NCBI GenBank assembly: GCA_051530055.1 | Contig: CM121343.1 | Location: 4,372,389 to 4,436,388 of the forward strand | Reading direction: 5' to 3' | Origin: Neoechinorhynchus agilis | Lineage: Eukaryota; Animalia; Acanthocephala | Length of the DNA: 64,000 bases | Part shown: positions 51,978 to 62,867 of the stretch, piece after piece | Layout of the letters: the number at the start of each line of letters is the position of its first letter | Numbering within the stretch: the stretch's first letter is position 1 | The notes under the pieces: generated by a model | Database searches by the model: none | What the model was told of the DNA's origin: nothing | The model's input: the letters and a program-made list of their open reading frames with translations, nothing else | Made by a program: the position numbers and the translations under genes

Positions 51978-52215
51978 AAAGGGTTCGAATCCACGATCAC
52001 CAATGACGCACAACCAAAGGGGACGAAATATCTCGATGAAGGGAGGAAACTCACTGATGAGTCCTGCCTCCTCGGGAGGTATCTGAGAATCCGGAGAAAC
52101 GCAGAAACTTTTAACCGTGCATTAGAGACTATGTGGTTATATCACTTCTCTGATGTAATTGGTTTGGCTCTTTGCCTAAAAAATAAGCCGGGCAAGAAGG
52201 GACAAGCTAAATTTA
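51978..52215 (+). mobile_element. Best-preserved SINE/hammerhead-core copy
   Basis: B-box gggttcgaatcc at about 51981; core at 52021-52092; tail shared with 4532-4640. Confidence 0.8.
52021..52092 (+). ncRNA. Putative hammerhead ribozyme with non-canonical strand order
   Basis: GGAC-GAAA-UAUCUC … GGAAACUCA-CUGAUGA-GUCC … GAGGUA-U-C-UGAG-AA-UCC; all three stems pair in register. Confidence 0.55.
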
Positions 52216-53760
52216 ATGATGTTATTTCCTCCAAATCAATTCGCATTTGAAAGATTGAGCAGTTTGAGAATCGTCAGAGCGTATGATATGGCGAGTTTTG
52301 AAAAAGCTCATACTATATTTCGGAGCGACATACATCAGTTCGCTAGAACCGGAAAGTAGTAGTAGATCATACAACTCTTGATCGCTCATCCACAATGCTA
52401 ATGAATTCTTAGTTTTAGGCAGAGCTTCGTTCATATATGGTCAGAGGGAACCCAATATTGCCCAAATCCGAGACACGAAGAAATTCGACCATATCACATC
52501 GAACGATTAATTCAAGTTAAGTCTTACCCTTTCGAAGCTCAACTTATTGCGGAAACCTGGACAACACCTCGGACTGGGGCAGAAAGGGAAAGTGACCCAA
52601 TTATCTATTTAGGCATAAAAACATTGGGCAAAATGATATTAATTTAGGCATTAGCCTTGGCGATAGCCGACATTCGCAGCATCCACGCAAGACTACCACT
52701 AGAAAAACTTTGAGCAAGCAAACTACATGGCTACTTTTTACAAATTAATTATTTTTATTAAAAATGGCGACAAATATTTAAACGTGCGCCAAAACCTTAA
52801 ACAGATTAGAATTCTGTCGTTTTTTCGTACCTTCCAAATCGCCGTCCGTTTTCTATCTTTGCTCGCTTGTTCCTCACTCCGCTCTGTTTTGTTCTCCGAT
52901 GAATCGAGCGGCTTTGGGCTAATGGTTGATTCGTTTTACCATTGTACCGAATACGAACGGAAGCGTCGCAATGCACGTGAGTAATACTTTGAAATCACTG
53001 AAAACTTCATTTTCCAATTAATGTTCTCGAATAAAATGTCCGTGAACTTTTTGAGCGATAAAACTTGGCTAGAAGGTCAGAGACCTGTCTCGTCTTAATC
53101 ACACAATTACTCAGATTCCCCGAGGAAGCGCAAGCTCTCAGCTTGTCGTTGTTTCTTGCTCAACTTTTTCTTTCAATAAGAGAAGAATTCGTCTAATTTT
53201 CTTCAAATCAAAATCACGGACACACAATATGTTTTATAAACGACGTTGTAGCGACCGTTACGTCGTTTTCATTACAGGCATTGTTCGAAATTTTCGCTTT
53301 CCTTGACCTACTACGTTACCATTTGCTGTAACCATTTGAAGTTCTTTTTGATTACTAATAGTTGATAATCTTGTGGATATTCTTGAAATTATAGGACAGT
53401 TCACCCTTACTTGATTAAACTAATGTTTTGTGCAGTTGTAGCTAAAGAAAATCCCTAAAAAGCAGCGCTTGAAAAAAACTAGGAAACGTTTAGGAAAATT
53501 TGACTTATGACTAAAATCCAAAACAATTTAAGGTTTGGCACAGCGGAGTTTGATTTCAGCTACTCGGCAGCATAACTCCTGCGATAAATTCTCTTACAAC
53601 TGAGTGAGTCAATTTATTTCACTAATTATGACCCCAATGCTTTTCAAAATGGTCAGTTTTGTTTCATCCCCCACGTCAATTATTGCAAAGAATTCGTTTT
53701 TTATTTTATTGCGCATACACTCAAGGTCTTTTTAAGGATCCATAAATTTGTAGTTAGTAG

Positions 53761-54505
53761 TTTGGCGGCGTCACGAAAAGAAAACCAAGTATATTAATCT
53801 GTGATACATGAGTTACCTGTATGTTGTTCTCTCGTCTTTCGGCTAAGGGAAACTTCTTACGGGTACACGTCAATCCCGTGAAAGAAGTTGCCGCCACATA
53901 CCTCCCCTCCAGTGTCGCCGCACTAATCCGTTCCGTCCTGGAAACGTGCCGGTCTTTTGAGTTTAACCTCGGTGTGATAACGGCGCGTTGCTTGTAGCTG
54001 GGCCTGGTCCGGACGCTGACCTGGCCGGTCTCGTCTGGGAGGATCGAACTACCAGGTGCCGTCTTTGGTCCGTTGTTGTGGGCTGCGCCGACTGCCAGTG
54101 CTGAGGCATCGGTGACATTGGCGAACGCTGCTTGGCTCGTTGGGTTGAGCAAGGAGGTCCGCGTGTCACGACGCTGCGCTGGGCCTGATGTCGAGCAACC
54201 GAGTTGAACCTCGGTGCGATGACGGCGTGTTGCTCGCTGCTGGGCCTAATCAGGACGCTGACCAGGCCGGTCTCGTTGTGGGACAGCAGGGTATTGGAGG
54301 AGCAAGGCCTCGTGGCTGTTGCTGGGCCTGATCAGGACGCTGACCAAGCCGGTCTCGTCGGGGTCACCAATTTGGCGGCGTCACGAAAAGAAAACCAAGT
54401 ATATTAATCTGTGATACATGAGTTACCTGTACGTTCTCTCGTCTTTCGGTTAAGGGAAACTTCTTACGGGTACACGTCAATCCCGTGAAAGAAGTTGCCG
54501 CCACA
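53761..54505 (-). mobile_element. Complete miniature LTR retroelement (TRIM-like, Gypsy-derived)
   Basis: LTRs at 54371-54505 and 53761-53898 (2 substitutions plus a 3-bp indel); PBS TGGTGACCCCGACG (complementary to the tRNA-Trp 3' end); PPT GGAGGGGAGG; 4-bp TSD CTAC. Confidence 0.88.
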
Positions 54506-54811
54506 GTAGTAGGAAGAGAAAGGAAGTCTCGAGTCAGAACGGATCTCAGTACTCCCCGGACTCCTTTCCCTCCATAGAAAAAACTAACCTGTTTATTAGT
54601 CTAAAATGAGGACTCAATTACACAATAATTTCGAGTTTGTCTTTTTGAATTAAATTAGTGAATAAAATATAAGCTTTTTGGAGGGATTAAGTTTTATCAG
54701 AATAAGATCAGGCTTGATATTTAGTGCCCTCGCATTAAAAGAGATTAAACAAATTTCATTGTTAAAAAGTAAAAATATTGCAAAGAAGTTTTTCATATGT
54801 ATATATGTATT

Positions 54812-54919
54812 TTTGGTGATGAGAAAAATAGAAATTGATTTATTAATTCTCAATATTTGGTCCGTCTCTTCGACGAATTGAAAATTAATAAATCAATTTC
54901 TATTTTTCTCATCACCAAA
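54812..54919. repeat. Hairpin with about 42-bp arms, possibly a decayed hammerhead-bearing foldback
   Basis: tttggtgatgagaaaaatagaaattgatttattaatt versus aattaataaatcaatttctatttttctcatcaccaaa. Confidence 0.75.
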
Positions 54920-55498
54920 GTCAATTATAGCGTCTTAGTTTTAGTATTGGCCATTATGAGTATAGAAATTTATCTTGTTCTAAAGTCGCTAAGCTAATTC
55001 CTTAGAACGAGATAATTCGAAACAACCACTCTGACGGAGATTTATGTGATCGTATTGATTTGCCTTGGAGTTAATCACGCCATGTATTTTTTCGGAAAAA
55101 GGTTCTATTTTTCATAGAAAAGTACAAGCGAGAGATGTCGGCGCTTAAAATTCGTTCTCTTACCGACCTCCATAAGAATTTTCTAGGCCGATGATACTCA
55201 GATATGCGCCTCGTCGAATACCGGACAAACAATTACCACATTACAAGATCTCAAACGCGATTTCGCGAATCGGCGCGTTCATTAATTAATTAATTTATTC
55301 GTAAAGGTGACACAAGATATCGCGCACGACGTCTAGAACCAGTTGCTCAACAGTAATAACACCAGACTCTACCTCCGACAATTTTTCTAGATTATTTAAC
55401 TTTAATAACTGGATCGATTGTGAAAATTATAAAAGAGATATTTCCCCATCTTTGCGTAACTTGGAATCTATAGATTCCAAACGTCCTAAATTCATTTA

Positions 55499-58141
55499 AT
55501 GAATTGTTCCAATTATAAGGAATGTCCTTTCTCTTTCATCACATATAATGCCTCTAGGGCTTCTAGTCTTCCTAATTTTCTTACTCCTTGTGTAGTTGAT
55601 AACTATGTTAACATGCTGTGTTTTCAAGAAACCGGCTTTTCTAAAATGCTTCTCTTCGATAATTATGATTCTCATGTTCTTCTCCCTTGCTCCACATCAA
55701 CCAATCAGCACATTGGATTTTCTGGAGGACTTCAAACATTTATTCTTAAATCTCACTCTTCTAAAATTTTATTTCAAACTAAAAATATTTCTTTTGCAAT
55801 GCAAATTATTTCTTTTAATAATCCCTTATATGGAACCTCATCCCTTTTCTCTCCTACTCTTATCCTTTGCAACTTGTATATTCAACCCAGACACGTGGGT
55901 ATATTTACTAAATCTTTTATGCATATCCTCCGTTACTGGAATCCTGACTTTATCGTAGGCGACTTCAATAGTAATTTTTTAAATGCTTTTAGGCCCTTTT
56001 TTAAGTTTCACAATTTTTTGCTCCCCAAATTTCCTTTTCATAATTTTAAATCTAATAGACATACCTTCTTGGATGGTGCAATTATTAAAAAGTCAATTCC
56101 TATTTTATTTTATCCTGCTTCCCAACTTCAGTCACAGAGATTGTTAGGGCATGACTTTATCCTTTTTAAATCTAATGGCATCGATCTTAAGGACACTTTC
56201 GTTTTTAATCCTAAAAGCTTTTCAAAATTTAATAATGATCTCCTTTCTTATATGAACTCTTCCACTTCATCCTCCTTATCTGACTTTAACAATGCCATTT
56301 TATCCTCTGTACATAAAAATTTAATTACTAAGTCTGTGATCAAGCGACCTCCTGTTTGTCATGAAGCCAACATATTTTATAAAAATGCTGTTATAGCTGA
56401 CTTGTATGGTAACGCTCCCCTTAAAAACTTATTTATGAAAAAATTTTACACAGCTAAGTTTTATCATCAAGTTTCGTTGGACAAAAAGAAGCTGATCTCT
56501 CTTAAGTCCTTTGGTAAGGACTTTTGGTCCTGTATTTTGAAAAGAAGACCGGTCTGTTGGAAGGCAAAAGCATCTAACTGGATAGGGTCTATATCTTATC
56601 CTGCAGTAATTGAGTCTATTTTGATGGCACATACTCTTAGTGCATGTTCTTCTCCTCCACTTCCCATCTTTAATAAAAAGTCCTTTTCGTGGAATTTTGA
56701 AGTTGAAGTTTTTCTGAAGGCCTGTAAATCTAACCCCTCTAAAGCGTATAATATAAATGGCACTTCACCCATAATTTTTAGTTCTATTTCTGATAAGGTA
56801 AAATCTATCTATTTTAGTAGATTTCGTTTATCGAAAATTGATTTTAATGATCTACTTAACATAAATATTGTTACGAAAATTTTTATTCCCAAAACGAAAG
56901 GACGTATATTTAACGCATCCCACATCAGAGTAATTTCCATACAGAACCCAATCGTCTCTTGCTTAGAAAGAGCGGTGAACGGGAAACTGTATGACTTTTT
57001 AGTATGTAGAAAGCTAATCCCCGACTTTTTCCATGGCTTCATTAGAGGTAAAGGTGTCACATCGCTTTTATCCTCTCTTAATTCTATGAATGAAGCTATT
57101 AATGTACAAAAACTTCTCATTCAGCTGGATATTAATAAGGCTTTTGATGCCTTGGATCGTGGCTTTCTTTATGAGGCTTTAGTTAATCTTAAAGTTCCTC
57201 TTAATCTTATCTACAAAACCAACTATCTTATGGAATCCAAGTCCTTTTACTATGAGGTGGACCCTTCTCACACTAAATTTTTCTCTAGATATGGTGTTCC
57301 TCAAGGATCTCCACTCTCGCCCACCTTATTTTTAATTGCCCTTATATATATTTTCAAAAATTTAAAGAAATCATCTTCCATATTTCCTTTAGTTTATGCG
57401 GATGATATATTCTTATTTTGTAAAGCTAGAACATCTTCTATTCTAACGAATAATATAGCCAATTTTATGCAATCTTTGTCGTCGGAACTTAGGAAAGCCA
57501 ATTTAGTTACGAACAATAACAAAACTTTCTTTATTCCACTGACTAAAACTTTGGCTTCGAGGAAGCTTCTAATTAATGAATTATCTTCTAATTTCAATTT
57601 CCCTAATATCAATTTTAGATCGCATTCCAAGATTTTAGGTGTTGATTTCCCCTGTAAAAATCATAGAATTTTTATAAACTCTTCCTTTAAAAGTCTTCTG
57701 ACAAAAACAGATATTTTTATCAAAAGAGCGAAAAGGTTATCAATTTCCCCACCTTTTATTTCTAAAGTGTTAAAAATATTTCTAGGGGGTTCAATATGCC
57801 TTTTCGCACGAAGCCGGCCCCCAGAAAACAGACTATCATTTTATCTTACTATGCTGAAGAAGCTTAGCAGTATTCTTATTAAAAATAATATTGATACGGA
57901 ACCCCTTTTTTCCTTTTTAACAAGAATTTTTTTGTCTAAAATTTGGTTTTATTCTTATTATTATTCTAGCTGTAAATATTTTAATTACAACTCCTCAATT
58001 CTTAGAATCTTTTTCAATAAACCATCCAGTTTTTTACCCATTAATCAAACTAATATACTTAACAGGAATGAGGTAAGTGATTTTCTCATGTTATTCTCTT
58101 TTTTACAGGATCAGGACAAGAAAAGGATTATTATTACTTAA
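55499..58141 (+). mobile_element. Intact non-LTR retrotransposon ORF (APE endonuclease + reverse transcriptase), 880 aa
   Basis: APE motifs TYNA, CFQET, GGL, VGDFN, FLD, GHD; RT motifs IPK, FHGF, LDINKAFD, GVPQGSPLSP, YADD, KILG; short (TTA)n at the stop. Confidence 0.92.
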
Positions 58142-58283
58142 GAATTAAAAGAAGGGTTTTCGAGGCTGCTGTGAGGGGATTTAAGAGATCGTCCCACAAC
58201 TCAGCCATCTTGGGCCCGAGACATTAGATCAAGCAAGAAAGAGGAATTAAGAGATTGATTGTGTGTATGTTGTATGAGGCGTG

Positions 58284-59000
58284 AAATAATAATAATAATA
58301 ATAATAATAACAGTAATAACCGGAATATTATTCAATTATGACGTTGCTGTTCCGATCCATCTCAAGGATTTGCTGGCCCAGTCCACAGAGGGAATCCACT
58401 CAAAAGGAAGTCTCGACAGAATTTGCAGAAAGACGCAGCGGAAGGTTAGGCGTCGTTCTGGGGGCCTTCCTCTGGAATAAAAGACCAGACCTGAAATAGC
58501 CCATGCGCACCATATCGTTTTACAATTCTTGGCGCTAAGTCCGATACGAGCGGCACGTCTGACCTTAACTCTTGCCGTTTTCAGAAGTTTTTTCATCTTT
58601 CGCATATCAGATGCTGTCGATAGGTTATTCGTGAGTGTATAACCCAAAATATCAAGCTTCTTATAAGCAGGGTCGAAATCTAACCCAAAAAACTCCTTTA
58701 TACACTCTGATATTCTTCTTGCCTATTCTAGATTTAGATTTTATTAAAAATTTCGTCTTCTTTTGGTTCAGAGACCCATTTGAGGTAGGTGGGATTTTAA
58801 AAAATTCAGCACGGCAGCCAATTTCGCACGTGCTCGTATGTAATTAGATTCTTTAATGACCACAGAGAGGTCATCGGCATACATCGTTATGCCCCGACAA
58901 ACGGTGCAATTTTGAATTAAAAATTGGGTTGCCAAGCAAAAGAGTATGGGTGATAACGGTGAGCCGTGTGGAACCCCCTTCGATGGATAAAACATAGTCC
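58284..59000 (-). mobile_element. Frameshifted relic of a related LINE, ending in a (TTA)n tail, tail-to-tail with the intact copy
   Basis: GVPHGSPLSP, YADD, and RAARIGLS…RGRPPERRLTF similar to RAKRLSIS…RSRPPENRLSF; (TAA)n run at about 58284-58310. Confidence 0.85.
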
Positions 59001-59260
59001 CTGCTGGATCGTCTACAAAATAAAATTGTTTGCAATTCAGTATGTTGTTTACCCCCGCAATAATATTAAAGGGTGAGGAATTATCGAGAGAGAAATTTAT
59101 CCGATACCATAGATAGACGCGATATTGATCAACTCGATGATGGTCAGTATTTTCAGAATAAAAGCCCCGACAGGATTACTTTCAAATCAGCACAAAACAT
59201 AAAATTATTTTTATTCGATAGTTAAAAAAGTGCATACATACGAATTGACCGAATTCCTAC

Positions 59261-59510
59261 GGGACAAGGGCCCAGTGGCCGTGTGGTGCGCGCGTTCATA
59301 ATGCGCTCTTATATGTCAAGGGTTCAACGCCACCGGTCGCTGGGTTCCACTGGGGTGCGATGTTGCTGGAAGAGGCGGGATCAGGTTTTGAGATCACCCA
59401 TCGGCCCATAAAAAAGTGAGTTGGCCCTGTCCCTTAGAGTGCGGTTGAGCGCTTCAGATGTGTGTAAGTTGAGCTGAAAGGCTTCCAAATGAATAAGATA
59501 TCAAAAGGAA
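59261..59510 (+). mobile_element. Second tRNA-derived SINE-like element
   Basis: A-box-like TGGCCGTGTGG, B-box-like GGGTTCAACGCC; gggacaagggcc pairs with ggccctgtccc at 59423-59433. Confidence 0.45.
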
Positions 59511-60177
59511 AGACCAATCAACTCAATATGAAGAACATAACTGTATGCGCCTTAAATAAATAAAAAACTACGGGACACCGGCGGAATTTAATCAGTTTAA
59601 AACTTCTTGATTCATATTAATTCTTATCTCGTGGTATAGAAATTCTTTTAAATAAAATTTAGACCTTTTTGTAAAAATAAAGAATAACGATTTTTGTTTG
59701 AAAATGATATTGATTCTGTGCATCAAAGTTTTTTTATTTTAAGCCGTGCTATCGGATGGTCAATTGAAGAACTACTTGAAATATCGGCAAATCATGGATC
59801 AAACAAAACGCCTTTCACTTGACAAATCCTACGAAGAATAAATTTAGTCTTTTACAAAATACTTTATTATGAAGAAAGTGTGTCGGAGACCACGATTTTT
59901 ATGAAGCACAACCGATCGCTAAAATAAAGACCACGAGTTAATATTTTCAGAGGGTAGAAAGTGACGTAAGGATTAGTGTTACTTTATGTAAGACGGTCGT
60001 GATTTGAAAGATGTTGAATAAATGACTTCTCGGGTTTGAATAGGAGTTAAACGACCGTGGTAATCGGTCAAACGTTTTATTCCCGATTTTTGAAAATACG
60101 AGACGAGCAAGGGAAAAGCATTTAAGAATTAAAGGCACTCACAGCGAGGTATAAAACTGGCCGAGTTTGTGCATTCC

Positions 60178-60444
60178 GTAGTTGTGCCGAGGAGGTAAAG
60201 TGTTCTTGAGCCTTGAATCTTTTCAAATCCACGATCGCCGATGACGCGGTACAACCAAAGGGGACGAAATTCCGCCCAATGAAGGAAATTCACTGATGAG
60301 ACCCGCCTCCTCGGGAGGTACCCGGAGAAATGCATACAAACTCTTGACCGTATGCAGCAGAGTTTGAGTGATTCAATCACGGTGTGGCTTCCTGTCAAGT
60401 AGGAAAAATTAAAAAGCCGAGGAAGGGATGTCCTAAATCTGACC
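60178..60444 (+). mobile_element. Full-length-like SINE/hammerhead-core copy with tRNA-Ser-like head; cleavage-site strand deleted
   Basis: gtagttgtgccgaggaggtaaag resembles the tRNA-Ser 5' end; ggggacGAAA…ttcaCTGATGAgaccc…gggaggta^cccgg; tail matches 42611-42722. Confidence 0.75.
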
Positions 60445-61079
60445 ATTAAAAAATCATGGCTCCTAAGTAACATTTTTTCAAATCCTCGTCATACATCGAC
60501 ACAAAATATTAAGAATTTAAAAGAAACAAATTTGTATTGTTATCCTAGTTTTCTTATTTGGGGACCGTGGGATTTTCGCAAACAGATTCACTAATCGCTT
60601 CCTCCCATAATTTTCTCCAAAGGAAGGAATCCTACACTCGGAGCATATTTCTATGAACTGCCTGGAATTGCGGAATCCCATTTTAAACTCCTATAGATCG
60701 ACTTAGAAAATTCCTTGCGGCAAGCACTATCTCTCAACAATTAGCTAAAATTTCGTTTTGTGGATTCGTCGATAGTGCAAATCTAGCACTCTAAGGTGCT
60801 ATAGACGTTGTTAATCCTTTAAAATGATCCATATTTTAAAAAGGCGCAAGACCAAGATCCTTGATGTCCAATTTATGGACTTGTATTGTTTTAATACTCT
60901 AAACAAGTGTGATACTTATGGCACCGATGTGCTCGAAAATGTTCACCTCATAAACAGCGGATTGATTGTTTATTGCAGATGCGCTATTATTATTTATAGT
61001 CGCCCTAGCCGTCTTTAACGTTAATTAGAAGATCCAGAGTGAACAGACTGATGAAGTTTCCAAGCTATCGATCACAAAC

Positions 61080-62867
61080 TTAAAGATCAGTCTTTAAGTA
61101 AGGTCCGTTTGCCATTTTCCTGAACTTGTTAACATGAGCAATACTGTTCGATGTACGTCCGAATCCATTGAAGAGAGAAACAACGTTCCATCTATTAAGA
61201 TAAGAAGGTACGCTCATTCCTTGTACGGCATCAGTCGTATTCGAAAACAATATATTAAATGCTGTTCCTAAAGCTTGCGTTTGGAGTCGTCCCCACATCC
61301 GGCACTTGTCGCAGCCAACACAATCCATTATTTTGGTAATGTTAACAAACTTTGTACTGAACAAACTTTTAAGATTATCGGCGTTTTCATCGGCGAACAT
61401 TCGCTTTTCATCGAAAGAGCATTGAATCGAAGAAAGAAGATCCACTAACTCAATGACGGCTTGTCTGGTGTTATTACTCTCTTCTTCATTTCCAGCATAA
61501 AACCTAAGACGCTTAAGGTCGTCTTTAGCTTTTAATATCGCTCTCTGCTCAATCATGTAAAGAAAATATAGATTTTTCAAGTATTGAGCACCTTGACCTT
61601 GAGTAGCGCTTGTGTCAAATCTTCGCATAAACTCCGGTAAATTATATCCCCAGTGATCAGAAAGTATGTTACCCGGAAAGTAAAACTCGGCACAGAGATG
61701 GACATTGATGCTCGTGTGAAGACCTGAAATGACCCGGTGAAACACTTGGTTTTCATAACAAAGCTGTGTATGGTTATCAGGTGACGGATAAGCAGTGATA
61801 TGGTCCTTCCAAAAACAGTTTTCACTATAAATCGCTCGCCATATCCGCCAAGCTGATTCACCTCGATATCCTGTACCATCGGCATTTCAATGGGTTGTAA
61901 TGATCTTATCCATGGAGCAAAAAAAATAATATTTGATGTTTCGTCCTGTACGCGTGAGATTTGTCCAGAATTTACCTTTTCAAGATTCTTAACATGTCTC
62001 ACAAGTACAGGACGAAATATTAAATCATAGAGGATTGTGGTCGCCTCTTCTTCAGTCATTGTAAAAATTAATCTAATCGACAATAAAATATCTTTTAATC
62101 GGACAAGGGAAACGATTATCATCACCACAATTCAACATTAAATTTTCTTTTCGATTTCGCCTGCCTTAGCAAAACAATTTCAAACTCTGCTCCATTGTAA
62201 TCGCATTTTGCTAACCGAAATATTCTTTTACTATGAGCAAAAAAATTCGTTTATATTTTTCGACAGCATTTGCACTGATAATCAAAAATTAGTTATTGAC
62301 AGATAAAACGATGGAAATGCCAATGTTAAATCGCTCAGGATTGCGTCTCAAATCAACAAACACTGAATTCGGATCATCTGCGTCATCAGGTAGCCTACAA
62401 AATAAAGCAGCGTTGTCGTTCTCAGTCCAATTCCGAACCGCTTCCACCGATTCAGCCAATTTCGTATCCACGTGACCGAGCGGATCATTAGACTCACATT
62501 CGCTATGAGTATACTGATGTTTTGCTTCATCATAAGTACGAATCCCATCAGGAAGCTCGGCTACGTCGCATGGAAACACCGCACAACCACGGCCAACACA
62601 ATAATCGGCGTCGTGCCAGAATTCACATTCTTTGTTCAATACGGTCTTGTAGTATTTAAAATATGGACGGTTCAATAAATCTTTCAATCGGTCATTCACT
62701 TGGACGTGGAGGAGATCAATCATTTCAATTTTACAATTAGATCCGAGGACATCGTCTTTCAGTTCACTAAATACGGATGTATCCATCAATACTACATTTA
62801 GGCACGAAAACAAAAGAAAAAATAAGATCGGACGTCCTTTAGCGTAAAATGTAGTGGCGTCTTCCAT
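61080..62867 (-). CDS. ERO1: ER oxidoreductin 1, interrupted by a 451-bp insertion at 61876-62326
   Basis: YFKYYK..L.KEC.FW, C…CAV.PC, VDLRRNPERF | TGYRGESAWRIWRAIYSENCF, FHRVISGLHTSIN, MDCVGCDKCRMWGRLQT. Confidence 0.9.
61876..62326. mobile_element. Non-autonomous TIR element (MITE) with TA target duplication inside ERO1
   Basis: Ends ccatcggcatttcaat and atggaaatgccaatgt (13/16 complementary); TA at 61874-61875 and 62327-62328. Confidence 0.8.

Noticed and set aside
51980-51992. GGTTCGAATCC as part of a real tRNA gene
   Set aside because: No cloverleaf or anticodon arm can be built; it is the B box of the SINE family.
52035-52086. C/D-box snoRNA reading of the TGATGA and CTGA motifs
   Set aside because: No terminal stem or proper box C at the 5' end; the hammerhead pairing explains the motifs better, though this is not formally excluded.
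53754-54407. ORFs within the GC-rich LTR element
   Set aside because: They arise from GC-rich repeats and LTR read-through; no gag or pol domains.
55140-55260. Possible HDV-like ribozyme upstream of the LINE ORF
   Set aside because: Could not build P1/P2/P3 pairings by hand.
61577-62128. 183-aa minus-strand ORF inside the ERO1 locus
   Set aside because: It starts in the MITE and continues out of frame through the ERO1 exon; no transposase motif.
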